A DNA stretch of 64,000 nt. Source: the human T2T-CHM13v2.0 reference genome, Homo sapiens. The stretch lies in assembly GCA_009914755.4 (NCBI GenBank), contig CP068257.2:26432001-26496000 (forward strand), read 5' to 3'. The notes beneath the pieces were generated by a model that had not been told where the DNA came from, made no database searches, and was given only the letters and a program-made list of their open reading frames with translations. The position numbers were made by a program, and so were the translations under genes. Of this stretch, positions 39,313-51,905 are shown piece by piece; position 1 is the stretch's first letter; each line of letters begins with the position of its first letter.

Positions 39313-42300
39313 ACCACAAAGGCAGAAAATGCTAGTTTTCTACTAAATGGTCATAAAGAATTGAATAAGTGATCAAAAAAACATGAGACAGCTGTCTGTA
39401 AATTTCTGTACCCCCTTCCTCCATCGTAATAAAAATTTTTAGCTCTACATACAGATACAGGAAATAAAAAATACTTTCCAAATTTGCACCTGGGCATAGC
39501 CAAGCAACTAACACTTGCATTAGGATGTGGGTAATGGGTATGCATCTGCATTCCGGGAGATGCCCTTTGATAAGGTGTGCCATCCTTTTTTTCTCTTCCT
39601 CTTCTCACTTGTTCATATTGAACACTGAAGGGGCAGTATAGCATCTTGGGAAGCAGCAGAGTTACCATATAGACAAGTAGAGAAAACTTTTGACTTTGCA
39701 GAGTGGGGCTGTGTTGACTGCTTGACATTTTACAAAAGAGAAAAAATGAACTTCTATCATGTTAATTCTACTCACATTTGGGATTGTCTCGTGCTTAAAC
39801 TCATAGCCGAACTAATACAGAAAGGAAGAGAGCATGAAGAAGTATAACATTTCTTACAGCTTCAGCCCAGTCTATCCATATGAGCAGCTGATAAGTCTAT
39901 TGAATCATTTCATACCAAGTCACAGAAAAAAAAAAAGTGTTTTTCAATTGTTGTGTGGCAGTGGGGAGAGGTGGTAAGGGGGATATGTCACACTTCATTT
40001 GTTTTACAAGTATTTAAGAAATATGTCCACATATTTGATCCAATAGTGTATTTGAAGGAGAGTTAAATAATCAATATTTGAAATCCATCATTTCTTCTTG
40101 AGCATCTTATGTAATTCTAATAGTTTGCAAAATTGCTAAATATGAGTGAACTGATACAAAGGATTATCTTTTCTTAAACTAGATAAGTGATGATCCTAAG
40201 ATGATCAATGTATGTCAGCATGGCTATTTCAAGCAAATTGTTTATGTTGATAAAAAGCTCAGACCTAAACCCAGCTTGAAGTCTTAAGTATTATTGAGAT
40301 AATAAATGAAGAAATTCATCATTTAATGCATTTCATAACAAATAAAGGAAACTATTTTGCTTAATGGGTCTACTAAGTAAAATCCCACAGAAAGCTACAT
40401 AGGACCTTGACATGTGATATCTGTTTATGGTAAAAAGAATGTAATAAATTAAAATCTGATGTGACTATATTCATGCTTTTTATACATTTATGAAATAAAC
40501 TATAGTAAAAACCTAAATTTAAAAACCGTATTTCTAAAGTTAGATTTTTTAGTATTAAGTGTTGTCATGATATAATAAAGCTTCAATCAGTTTGATTTTT
40601 AAGTAGGTGTGAAAATTTAATATTATAAATTCATATCGGAATGAATTATTTATCCCCAGGGGGATCACACTCACATTGAAAAAAGAAGTTTTACTGTAAT
40701 GTGGAATTACTTACTATTTTCTTCCGAATATGTTATAACCGTATTTGGCATGTTTCAAAGTTATATTTAATAAAGAAAATGCATGTTTCTATATATGCTG
40801 CTATGAATACAAAGTGCCTCAAAACTTACTGGCTTAAGACATCTCTATTTCCTAATGTTCCAATGTGTCAGGAACATAAGAAGGAATCAGCTGGACAGCT
40901 GTGCCCTGTAGTGTTAGCACCATTCACTCTCTCTCTTCACTTCACTGGAAGGTAGAAAAAGTTCACTCACATGTCTGGAGCCCATGTACTACTTCATGTG
41001 TTCTCTTCCTCACCATCTGGGAAAATTGGGCTTCCTCACAAAATGGTGGTCACCTGGATCTCTTACATGACATCTGGCTTCCAAAAGGGAGTGTACCAAC
41101 ATAGGTGACACAAGAAGCTGCAAGCATCTTTAGGCCCAACCTTGAGAGGTACACAACGTCACTTCTGACCATTATATTGGTCAAAGTCAGTCTTCAGGCC
41201 TGTCCACATTCAAGGGGAATAGAAACCCCTTATTTCAATGAAAAGTGGCAAATAATTTGTGGCCATCTTTAGTCCATTATGCTATTTAGACCATATTTCT
41301 GATATGAAGTTAAACATATAAAGAAGCTACTACCTATATTTATAAATTAGAAAATGGAGAAGAAAAAGAACTTTCATTATAAAATTGTCTTGCCAATTTC
41401 TAGGCTCCTTTAAAAATATTGTCTATGAATAATATGAAAGTTTCAGAAAGCTGCTATTAGAATTTGAAGAGAATGCTGTAAGTATATGGTTTAAATAGTA
41501 TCTTCCTACCAAAATGTCTTAAAAAGTGACGAGAGTAAGGAAGTTTATTGAACTAAGAAAAAGAAAAGCCTTAAAATAGATTGGCCAGTTTCTTCATTCA
41601 TGCGATTATTTTTTCATTTATTCATTCATCCAACAAATATTTCTTGATATCCCATTGTGAGCCCAGGGATTTTGTTAGGCAAGGAGGCTGTAACAATGAA
41701 AAGAAAAATATTGTTTTGTTTTCTTCACTGTGCTTACAACTTAATGTTACAAATTACTCTAATGCATGAGATTATTCAGCTGAAGTTTTGATAATGTAAA
41801 ACAACAAAATTCTTCGTATAATCTGTAAATGAATTGTATGTGAAAATCATTATATAAAACAATGAAATACAAATTCCTGGATGCATTTAGTTATTCAATC
41901 AAATAAGCATAATTTAAGATTTTGTTATATCCCTAGTGCATCCTAAATCTTCAGGCCAATGCGTAAACCATGTTTTCACAAAAACAGATGCCTCCCAGCA
42001 CACAGGACAGCTACAGCTGCTCTGTAGCTCCACGTGGGACCGTCTTCTCTTTGCTTACCAGCCCATCCCCAGTTCCAAGAAAACATGAGCTTCTTAAAAC
42101 AAAGTTGAAAATCTAGCGGCTTTCGAGTCAGCTGGCAGTGTTTCTGCATTTTTAAAGCAGGCTTGGATATCGGGGGCAGCTTAGTGTTCACTCTGTAACT
42201 GACCTCTCTGAGCCAAGTTCAGCGTGGTGTGAGTTATCAAACCTGACAGCCTTTTGGCAAGCCTTTGAAGGCTCTCAGGCCAGACTCCCTTCCAAGCTCA

Positions 42301-42647
42301 GCTGGGATCAATTAGGATAAATAATAGTTCCTGCAATTGTTAGTTTCTACCATGCTTTTTAAAAGTATTTAGTGTGCAATAATGCAATTTATGGCTTACC
42401 GGTACCACGCTATCCATTCAAAACAAAATAAGATCAAATCGAAAGGTTAAAATGTCCTGAGAGTTGCAGAACGATACGCTGAGGAAAAAGTACCAGAGAG
42501 GCCAATATTTTGACCATTCTTTTCTCTCCACATTTATCTAAAACATAAGTAAACATAAATACAAAACTATAAGATTTCTTCAAAATCTGGATTCTCACCC
42601 CAACAGCCATATTTTGACAGTCTGGTTAAAACATAAACCATAAATAC

Positions 42648-42674
42648 ACACACATACACACACACACATACACA
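42648..42674. repeat. Short (CA)n-rich microsatellite
   Basis: ACACACACATACACACACACACATACACA. Confidence 0.8.
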
Positions 42675-42986
42675 ATCAAGGACTTTTAACTGCCCTCAGC
42701 AACCAAAGAGATCTGCTAGTAAACAATGCGGATTTTTACTTCTAGGGCAAAAAAATGAATTTAAGCTCAAGCTACTGGTGAATAGCAAACGGAAGGTACT
42801 CTATAGAAGCTAACAGAACAATAGCAAATGATAATTTTCTATAGCAAGAGTAATGCCATATTCAATAATGCTAATGTTCTGGCTTCATGTGAACCAAGTT
42901 TTGCTTTTACTGGGTGTTTCTCTTCATGTGGCCCAGGGCAAGGTATTGCAACTATTTCATGCTGAACTTTAAAACTCAACGGTTTG

Positions 42987-43280
42987 CGGCCGGGAGTGGT
43001 GGCTCACGCCTGTAATCTCAACACTTTGGGAGGCCGAGGAGGGCGGAATACGAGGTCAGGAGATTGAGACCTTCCTGGCTAACATGGTGAAACCCCGTCT
43101 CTACTAAAAATAAAAAAAATTTAGCTGGGCGTGGTGGCGGGTGCCTGTAATTCCAGCTACTCGGGAGGCTGAGGCAGGAGAATGGCATGAACCCGGGAGG
43201 CAGAGCTTGCATCTCGCCACTGCACTCCAGCCTGGGCGACAGACCGAGACTCTGTCTCAAAAAAAAAAAAAAAAAAAAAC
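42987..43280 (+). mobile_element. Alu SINE with poly-A tail
   Basis: GGCCGGGAGTGGTGGCTCACGCCTGTAATCTCAACACTTTGGGAGGCCGAGGAGGGCGGAATACGAGGTCAGGAGATTGAGACC.. ..CTGGGCGACAGACCGAGACTCTGTCTC, then (A)20CCAAAAAAC. ORF 43018..43350 (-) is its antisense artefact. Confidence 0.9.
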
Positions 43281-45449
43281 CAAAAAACACGCAACTGTTT
43301 CCAAGAGGTTTCTTTTTTGACCTCAGTTCTTCAGTTGCTACTGGAGTCATGAAACTCTCATGTCACTTCTTTAATGTAGGTTTGACTTCGGTCTGTCATA
43401 AAATGTTACTTCTTGTTTAAAACAATTGTAAGTTAAAATGTTACTCAACATTTGCCTCGCGTTTTCTGCTTCACTTGGAGTCTTCTATTTTGGCCTCACA
43501 TGCTTAAATTTTTTACAAGCAAGATTTATTGTTAATAGGAATGTCTGGGTTTTTGTTTCCTTTTTCATTCGGAGATAAAAAGTTATTTGAAGTCCTATTA
43601 TAGAAAACTTTTACATAAGTCACAAGAATTAAGAATTTTTTTCCAGGTAGATTTTCCCATTAAATGAATATCTCTGTTAATTTAGAATGATAGTCAAAAA
43701 TGGTATGAATACTGTGGATAAAATAATTTAATAATGTTTACATCCAAAGAGTCCCTTGAATGCAATTGATCGTTGGCTCCTAAAGTCAGCTAGAGTATTC
43801 TTTCAGTAATGTCCCTGGTAACTGCTAAGGATACACTAATGCTTAGATATGCATCTTTGCTCTTCCAAAGCTAACTACTATGCCTAGATGACTTATGTGC
43901 TCTCTCCAGCTCAACCTCTAAATTTACACAGTTGTTGGAACTGCGACTGAATGCCAAAACACAGTCCATTTTGTAGAGCGTATTTTAAAATGAGCACAAT
44001 ATATCATTTGGTTAAGTAATGCATAGAGTATTTCACTGTTCTTCAATATAAAGACTCCGAATATGGGGTGTGTGTGTTTGTGTGTGCACACATGTGCTTG
44101 TGCGTGTACACACTATTAAATGACTCTGAAGAACACGGTGTAACATATGTTCAAATTATCTTACAGATCTTTTTTTATTGCTGACTTGTAATTGAAAGCT
44201 AATGAAAAATATACTACCAAATTTAGGGTAGCAAAAATATTTAATTCTGCTTAACTTAACAAATATTTATAGCCTTAATATTTTCACAGTTTGAAATATG
44301 GGAGACACGAAAGATAGAAGGCTTAGTTTCTAGTCATAAGGGAATTTAGAATTCTCATGAAAATTTTCCATAGAAAAATAATAAAGAAGTAGCATTAAAA
44401 GATGGCTAATAATCCAAAGTGAGTGCTCACAAATAGCAGTTACCGTAACAGGAAGAAGGAAGGGCTGATTATGGATTGACATATTTATGGAAGATCTCAA
44501 TCACAAATGGATAATTGCCTCTAAATAATATAGACATGACTTTAGTGACAACATATTGTAGCATATTTTACTCCTGCAAATGATATTCATCAATTATGTT
44601 ATCTTGTTTATCTATACAATTTTTCTTATACTTATTTCAATAGAAATCAATTATGCCCTGAGGATAAGAATCTTTGATGACTCACTATGTCTATTTTGCA
44701 CAGATTTTCTAAAGGCAAACACCAATAGAAACCACTCTATAGTTCAAGGCTAGGTCCAGAGTTTTGGGTTAGAAGTGTTTGCTTGTATTTTTGTCAGTTT
44801 GTTTTGCTTTTTACATAAATAACATTATTTTTAAATTAGGCATATTTTTCTTTATTTTTTTTCTATTAATGTAACTTCAATATTTTTAATTCATTCTTCA
44901 GTTTTTCTTCTATTTTTTATTTGGGGCTTAGTATATAACTTTCAAATTTACATGTTTATATAAATGCAATTAATTTAATATTCTTTAAAAATCTTTCTTC
45001 TAGTGTTTTAGCATTATCATTTTACTACTTAATGCTAATATATAAAACAAAATTAATAAAATTGTAAATCTATGATGTTACATCTTCTGCAATTTACTTT
45101 AAAATAGTTCAAAGTAAGCAGCGGCATGTGTATAGGTAGAAAAGTTAATTGCAATCTACAACCTAGAGCTTTTAGATCACACTTCAAAGATGTTATCTGA
45201 AATCCACATTCTATAATTAGCTAACAAAAGCACATAAAATATTACTAACTTAATGTACACCAGCAGGTAGTCTGATAGTTTGTCTCCAAAGATGGCACCA
45301 AAGGAGCCAGCCTTCCAGATTCTGTGCAGTTTTTGCCCACGAAGAATGGTGAGATAATTCTGGACCTACACTTTAAGAAAGGCTGTTGATTTTTAATTTT
45401 GAGATCTTGGGAATGTTGAGCAGCCATAAAAGATGTCCAGTTACACCTG

Positions 45450-45528
45450 CTGGAGATACTGTGTGAGATACCCTAAGACCATGTATATTAGGGTTTTATA
45501 GAAGGACAGAACTAATAGGATAGATGTG

Positions 45529-45570
<42 letters not shown>

Positions 45571-45962
45571 GGGGAGTTTATTGAGGAGTATTGACTCACA
45601 CGATCACAAGGTGAGGTCTCACAATAGGCCATCTGCCAGCTGAGGAGCAAGGAAGCCCGTCCGAATCCCAAAGCTGAAGCACTTGCAGTCTGATGTTCGA
45701 TGGCAGGAAGCATCCAGCGCAGGAGAGAGATGTAGGCCAGAAGACTAAACCAGTCTAGTCTTTTCACATTCTTCTGCCTGCTTTTATTCTGGCCATTACT
45801 GGCAGCTGTTTAGATTGTGTCCACCCAGATTGAGGGTGGGTCTGTCTTTCCCAGTCCACTGACTCAAATGTTAATCTCCTTTGGCAACACCCTCGCACAC
45901 ACACCCAGGAACAATACTTTGCATCCTTCAATCCAATCAAGTTGACACTCAATATTAACCAT
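45450..45962 (-). mobile_element. ERVL/MaLR-related LTR-like repeat (unclassified MER/MLT-type) with embedded (TA)n(CA)n
   Basis: The reverse complement begins TGTGATGGTTAATATTGAGTGTCAACTTGATTGGATTGAAGGATGCAAAG..CAGTGGACTGGGAAAGACAGACCCACCCTCAATCTGGGTGGACACAATCTAAACAGCTGCCAGTAATGGCCAGAATAAAAGCAGGCAGAAGAATGTGAAAAGACTAGACTGG.. and ends ..AATAAACTCCCCTG(TG)n(TA)nCACATCTATCCTATTAGTTCTGTCC. I recognise this as a recurrent human LTR-type repeat, but I am not certain of the family name. Confidence 0.45.
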
Positions 45963-46875
45963 CACACCATGTAACAAAGAGAAAGACACAGTTGTCTCCA
46001 TGTTCCAGTTGAGCTTGTAACGACAGCCAATCCAGGCACTTTCTCAATGCAACTACATGAGAAATCCCAAGAGAAACAAGCAAAAAAATGAAGCGCATTG
46101 AGAAGAACCGAAGACTTAGCAATAAAGAAACAAGTTAAAGTAGGGAGAAAACAAACAAACAAAAACAAAGGAAACAAGCCATCATTGGAGGCTGAATGCA
46201 TTACTTTCTCAGCCTGATAAAATGTATTTGCAAAAAAAAAAAAAACCTTATGGTGAACATACTTAATGGTGAAAAAGCTCATCCTGCTTAAGATCAGAAA
46301 CAGGGCAATAATGTCCATCTTTAGCATTTTTATTCAGCACTGCACTAAAAGACTTGGCCAGTGGAAGAAGGTAAGAAAAAAATAAATCAAAACAATACAT
46401 ATTTGTTTGCAAATGGCATAATAATTTATATACACAATTTTAAATAATTTGCAAAATATATCTTACAACCCATAAGTAAATTTAATAAGATTACAGGTAT
46501 GTGGTAAATATACAACAGTCATATATTTTAATATAATAATAATAAACAATTACAAAATGAGATACAAAGACACATCTCTTAAAACAATACCGTACTGGGT
46601 TAAATTCTCCCACAAATTCATGTCTTGTGAATGTGATCTTATTCGGAAATAGGTTTTTGGCAGATATAATCAAGTTAAAATATGGTCATGCTAGAGTAGG
46701 GCTCGACCTGATAAAAAGAAAGAAATTTGGATGCAGAGACACCAGCACAGGGAGGGAAGAATACCACGTGAATACGGAGACTGAGATTGGAGGGATGAGT
46801 TGACAAGCCAAGGAAGACAAAGATTGCCAGAAAAAAACAGAAGCCAGTAGAAACGTTATGTTGTTTAATTTTTAA

Positions 46876-47459
46876 TTTTCGATTTTTATGGGTACATAGT
46901 AGGTGTATGCATTTATCAGTACCTGAGATATTTTGATACAGACATACAATGTGTAATAATCACATCAGGGTAAATAGGGTACCCGTCACCTCAGGTACTT
47001 ATCATTTTCCTTGTGTTACAAATATTTCAATTATACTGTTTTGGTTATTTTTAAATGTACGATAAATTATTGTTGGCTGTAGCTACCATGTTGTTGTATC
47101 AACAGGTATTAACCCTATAAACCTGTATTTTTGTACCCATTAACCATCCACATTCCCCACTCCCACTATCCTTCCAAGCCTCTGGTAACCATCAATCTAT
47201 TCTCCCTCTCCATGAGTTCAATTGTTTTAATTTTTAGCTCTCGCAAAAAAGTGAGAATATATGAAGTTTGTCTTTCTGTGTATGGCTTATTTCACTTAAC
47301 ATAATGACCTCCAGTTCCATCCATGTTGTTGCAAATGACAGGATTTCATTCTTTCTATTGCTGAATAGTACTCCATTGTGTATCTGTACTGCATTTTATT
47401 TATCCATTCAATTCTTGATAACACTTAGGCTGCTTTCAAATTTTGGAAGCCAAAAGAAT
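46876..47459 (+). mobile_element. L1 fragment (3'-region block of an older primate L1, L1PB/L1MA-like)
   Basis: TTTTTATGGGTACATAGTAGGTGTATGCATTTATCAGTACCTGAGATATTTTGATACAGACATACAATGTGTAATAATCACATCAGGGTAAATAGGGTACCCGTCACCTCAGGTACTTATCATTTTCCTTGTGTTACAAATATTTCAATTATACTG.. ..CCAGCCTCTGGTAACCATCAATCTATTCTCCCTCTCCATGAGTTCAATTGTTTTAATTTTTAGCTCTCGCAAAAAAGTGAGAATATATGAAGTTTGTCTTTCTGTGTATGGCTTATTTCACTTAACATAATGACCTCCAGTTCCATCCATGTTGTTGCAAATGACAGGATTTCATTC.. is a well-conserved L1 block. Confidence 0.55.
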
Positions 47460-48335
47460 TTTTGAGGAAATCAACCAGACAACTGTCAAATTTATACGGA
47501 AACACAAAGGACCTTCAATAGCCAAAATAATTTTTAAAAAGAAAAGATTTTGAGGGCCTACAGGTTATGATTTTAAGATTATAAAGCTGTGTTATAAGAC
47601 AATGCAGCAAAGCATTAGAAAAAAGATGGAACAGGATATAACTGTATTAGTCTGTTCCCTCACTACTATAAAGAACTACCTGAAACTGGGTAATTTATAA
47701 AGAAAAGAGATTTCATTTGTTCACAGTTGGGAAGCTGTATGGGAAGCATGTTTGGGGAGACCTCAGGAAACTTTCAACCATGACGGAAGGTGAAGGGCAA
47801 GCAGTCACGTCTTACATGGCCAGAGCAGGAGGAAGAGAGAGTGGGGAGGTGTTACACACTTTTGAACAACCAGATCTCATAACTCACTCGCTGTCATAAC
47901 AACAACACCAAAGGGAAAATCTGTCCCCATGAACCAATCACTCCCCACCAGGCCCCACCTCCAACATTGGGGATTTCAATTTGACATGATTTGGGTGGGG
48001 ACACAGACTCAAACTGTATCAACACCCAAACACATATAGTCAATTGCTTTTTTGAAAAAGTTCAAGGACATTTAATGGGGAAAAAAGTATCTTCAATAAA
48101 CTAGTGCTAGGACAACTGAATATCAGCCTAAAAGTTGTGTATCTATTCTTACCTCACCCCATCTACAAAATTAACTCAAAATGGATTATAGATTTAACAT
48201 ATGAGCTGAAATATAAACTTAACAAAAGAAAAGGTAGGCATATATCTTTATCATCTTGTATAGCACTGACCATGCGAGAAAAAAGAATAAATTGACCTTA
48301 TATGGGACTTATATATTCAAATTTTACAAAAGAAA
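47460..48335 (+). mobile_element. L1 ORF2-derived fragment, split by an inserted MST LTR (47643-48021)
   Basis: AAATTTATACGGAAACACAAAGGACCTTCAATAGCCAAAATAATTTTTAAAAAGAAAAG.. and then, after the LTR, ..GGGGAAAAAAGTATCTTCAATAAACTAGTGCTAGGACAACTGAATATCAGCCTAAAAG..TTAACTCAAAATGGATTATAGATTTAACATATGAGCTGAAATATAAACTTAACAAAAG match the contiguous L1 ORF2 block ..AAATTTATATGGAACCACAAAAGACCCCGAATAGCCAAAGCAATCCTGAG.. ..AATGGTGCTGGGAAAACTGGACAGCCACATGCAAAAGAATGAAACTGGACCACTATCTTACACCATACACAAAAATTAACTCAAAATGGATTAAAGACTTGAATGTAAGACCTGAAACCATAAAACTC.. Confidence 0.55.
47643..48021 (-). mobile_element. MST-family (MaLR, ERVL-MaLR) solo LTR nested inside L1
   Basis: On the + strand it reads TGTATTAGTCTGTTCCCTCACTACTATAAAGAACTACCTGAAACTGGGTAATTTATAAAGAAAAGAG.. 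..CCACCAGGCCCCACCTCCAACATTGGGGATTTCAATTTGACATGATTTGGGTGGGGACACAGACTCAAACTGTATCA. This is the reverse complement of a MaLR LTR (TGATA..CCAAATC..AATGTTGGAGGTGGGGCCTGGTGG.. ..GACTAATACA). Confidence 0.8.
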
Positions 48336-48340
48336 AAACT

Positions 48341-48767
<427 letters not shown>

Positions 48768-49264
48768 TCAGGTATACAGAAATTATAACTAAAGTGAAAT
48801 ATTACTACACAAACAGAAAATCTCATCAAAACAACTTTTGATGATTTGACATATAACTTTTTTTACTTTAAAATGGTGCAAAAGCAATACACATTCAGTA
48901 GAAAGCAGTAGAAAACCCTCTTGGGATGTTGGACAGTGGCGGGGAGCTAAGGCTTCCAGTCAGCCACAAGATCACCAGAGTAAACAAGAGATACTCTACA
49001 GTTTGCTGTGTTGCCAGATGATTTTGCTCAAGTGTAGAATAATGTAAGTGTTGTGAGCCTGTTTAAGGTAGGCTAGGCTAAGCTATGACGTTTGATAGTT
49101 AAAGTGTATTAAAAATGCATTTTCAACTTGTGATATTTTCAACTTAACAATGGATTTATTGGGGCATAACCCCATCGTGAGTCGGGGAGCATCTAGTACT
49201 AAAATGGCTAAAAGTAAGACCAACAATATCAGGTGTTAGAACGGAGAGCAACAGGAAAACACCA

Positions 49265-49305
49265 CCAAAGAACTACCTGAAACTGGGTAATTTATAAAGA
49301 AAAGT
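49265..49305 (-). mobile_element. Short MST-LTR fragment
   Basis: AAAGAACTACCTGAAACTGGGTAATTTATAAAGAAAAG is identical to the corresponding stretch of the LTR at 47643. Confidence 0.4.
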
Positions 49306-49329
49306 TATTTATAACTCATAAACTGCTGA

Positions 49330-49765
49330 TACATATAAAATATATAAAATGAAACAACTAATTTGCAAAAGACATTGTGGTATAATCACACAACCCTAGT
49401 TGGAAATAAAAGATATGAATTACTGATACCCCAAATGACACAGAGAAATCTCAAAAGCACCACGCTGAACAAAAGGAGTCAGACACAAGAGCACACATCT
49501 ATTTGAATCCATTTACGTGACATCTAGGACAGGCAGAACACCAGTCGACAATGACTGAATTCATATCCATTGGTGCCTGTGTTGAGGACTGGGGAAGATT
49601 GTCTACAGAAGAGCATAAAGGAACACTTTGAGAAGATAAAAATGATCTAATTTTCAATTGTGGTGGTTGCATTGATATGTACAGTTAGCAAAACTTATCA
49701 AAGTGTACTCTTAATGTGGTCATTTAATTATATGTAAATCATACCTCAATAAAAGTCAATTTCCT
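49330..49765 (+). mobile_element. Ancient L1 (L1M-type) 3'-end fragment
   Basis: ..GTTAGCAAAACTTATCAAAGTGTACTCTTAATGTGGTCATTTAATTATATGTAAATCATACCTCAATAAAAG resembles the old-L1 3' terminus ..CAAAACTCATCAAACTGTACACTTAAGATCTGTGCATTTTACTGTATGTAAATTATACCTCAATAAA. Confidence 0.5.
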
Positions 49766-49989
49766 TCAAAAATACCACAAAAAGATACCACCAACAGGGA
49801 GTAGAATGACTAAAATTTGTTAAAGATTTACCATAAGTCCTTTCTGTTGGAGATTATGTGCAGTAACAAGAAACTTTTGTATATTTTGACTGAAGGTATA
49901 AATAGCACAGCTACTTTGGAAAACAACTGTTCTATTTAAAACAGTTTACATAATGTTAAAAATAAAAATATCACATGACTCAGTAATAT

Positions 49990-50250
49990 CATTCTGATAA
50001 GAAAAATAAAAATGTATCTATCATAAGATCTGTACAAAAATGTTCATAACATTTCAAATATCCCCAAACTGAACACCCTAAATGTCCATTAACAGCTAAA
50101 GAGATAAAGAAATTATACTATATTCACATAATGGAATATTACTGAACTATAAGAAAAAACTCCTGATATATGCAATTGATTCATAGAGGAATCTTAAAAC
50201 ATTATGCTGAGGAAAAGGAGCCAAACACATAAGCATACAAATTAAATGAT
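49990..50250 (+). mobile_element. Ancient L1 (L1M-type) 3'-region fragment
   Basis: ..AACACCCTAAATGTCCATTAACAGCTAAAGAGATAAAGAAATTATACTATATTCACATAATGGAATATTACTGAACTATAAGAAAAAACTCCTGATATATGCAATTGATTCATAGAGGAATCTTAAAACATTATGCTGAGGAAAAGGAGCCAAACACA resembles ..AACAACCCAAATGTCCATCAACAGGTGAATGGATAAACAAATTGTGGTATATCCATACAATGGAATACTACTCAGCAATAAAAAGGAACGAACTACTGATACATGCAACAACATGGATGAATCTCAAAAACATTATGCTGAGTGAAAGAAGCCAGACACA. Confidence 0.45.
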
Positions 50251-50279
50251 TCATATATATATATAACTCTAAAACATAA

Positions 50280-50643
<364 letters not shown>

Positions 50644-51687
50644 AACGGTTTCATTTTTAATTGTCAAAACTAGAAAACAACCAAGATTTCCTTCAGTGGA
50701 GGAACGGAGAAATAAACAATGGTATATCCAGACAATGAACTATTATTCAACTTAGGGGAAAGAAGACGCTATCAAGCAAAAAATAAAAAATAAATGGAGG
50801 AAGCTTAATGCATATTACTGAGTGGAAAAATCCTATCTGAAAATACTATTAATACATACTGTATCATTCCAAATATACAACACTCTGAAAAAAAAAACAA
50901 AACTATGGTGCAGTAAAAGGATCTGTGCCAGGGATGAGTAGAGAAAAGAGATGAATAAAAAGAGGTGAATAAGCAGAACAGAGTTTTATGGCAGTTAAAC
51001 TACTCGAAACGATACTTCAATGGTAGATACGTCTCCCTGTATATTTGTCAAAAGCCATATAATATATAAACCAAGAGTGAACCCTAATGTAAACCCTGAA
51101 TTTGGATGATATGATTTGTCAAGTTAGATGCATCAATTGTAATAAATGTACCACAGTGGTAGGGTATATTGATAATGGAAGAGGCTATGCTTATTTGGGG
51201 GCAGGGGATATGTGAGAACTCCCTGTACTTACTGCTTAATATCGTTGTGAAACTAAAACTGTTAAAAAAAAAAAAAAAAGCCTATTTAAAAGGGGAAAAA
51301 TCATTTTACGGTTGCCTGACAGAAAGCATTAGTCTTTTCTACAGAGTCATGAATGACACTTTTGGGATTATGGGAATGTTCTAAATGATTAGGGTAGTGG
51401 TTACGTGAGTGCATATATTTTTTAAAATTTACACAACCATACACTCAAAATGGATGAATTTTAATTACACTTCAATAAATTTGATTAGAAATAATTTCAA
51501 AGGCATATTTTAGCAGAGGGGGGCATTAGGTAGACTTGGTAATTGTTGACTTAGAAAAAAAAGATGTATTTGGAAATAGCAAGAATACAAAGCTCACAAG
51601 CTGTTCGTGGTATTGGCAGCACTCTTATCCCCAATGAATGACCCTCCCTTACGCATGCACTTCGGGCTATATCTTTCTTTAAATTTT

Positions 51688-51905
51688 CATCTTTTGTGGG
51701 TACATAGTAGGTGTACATATTTATGGGAGACTTGAAATATTTTGATACAGGCATACAATGTATAATAATCCCATCGAGTTAAATGGGAGTATCCATCACC
51801 TCAAGGACTTATCCTTTCTTTGTGTTACAAACAATCCCATTATACACGGTTAGTTATTTTAAAATATACAACACATTATTGTTGACTGTAGTTTGAATGA
51901 GATCT
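51688..51905 (+). mobile_element. L1 fragment (same consensus block as 46876)
   Basis: TTCATCTTTTGTGGGTACATAGTAGGTGTACATATTTATGGGAGACTTGAAATATTTTGATACAGGCATACAATGTATAATAATCCCATCGAGTTAAATGGGAGTATCCATCACCTCAAGGACTTATCCTTTCTTTGTGTTACAAACAATCCCATTATAC..ATTATTGTTGACTGTAG. Confidence 0.5.

Noticed and set aside
39351-39728. 125-aa minus-strand ORF and overlapping 83-aa ORF in non-repeat sequence, considered as a possible exon.
   Set aside because: No recognisable protein similarity, no splice-site-like boundaries or start context that I could support, and ordinary intergenic-like composition. It sits just downstream of an MLT1/MST-like LTR and is probably a chance ORF.
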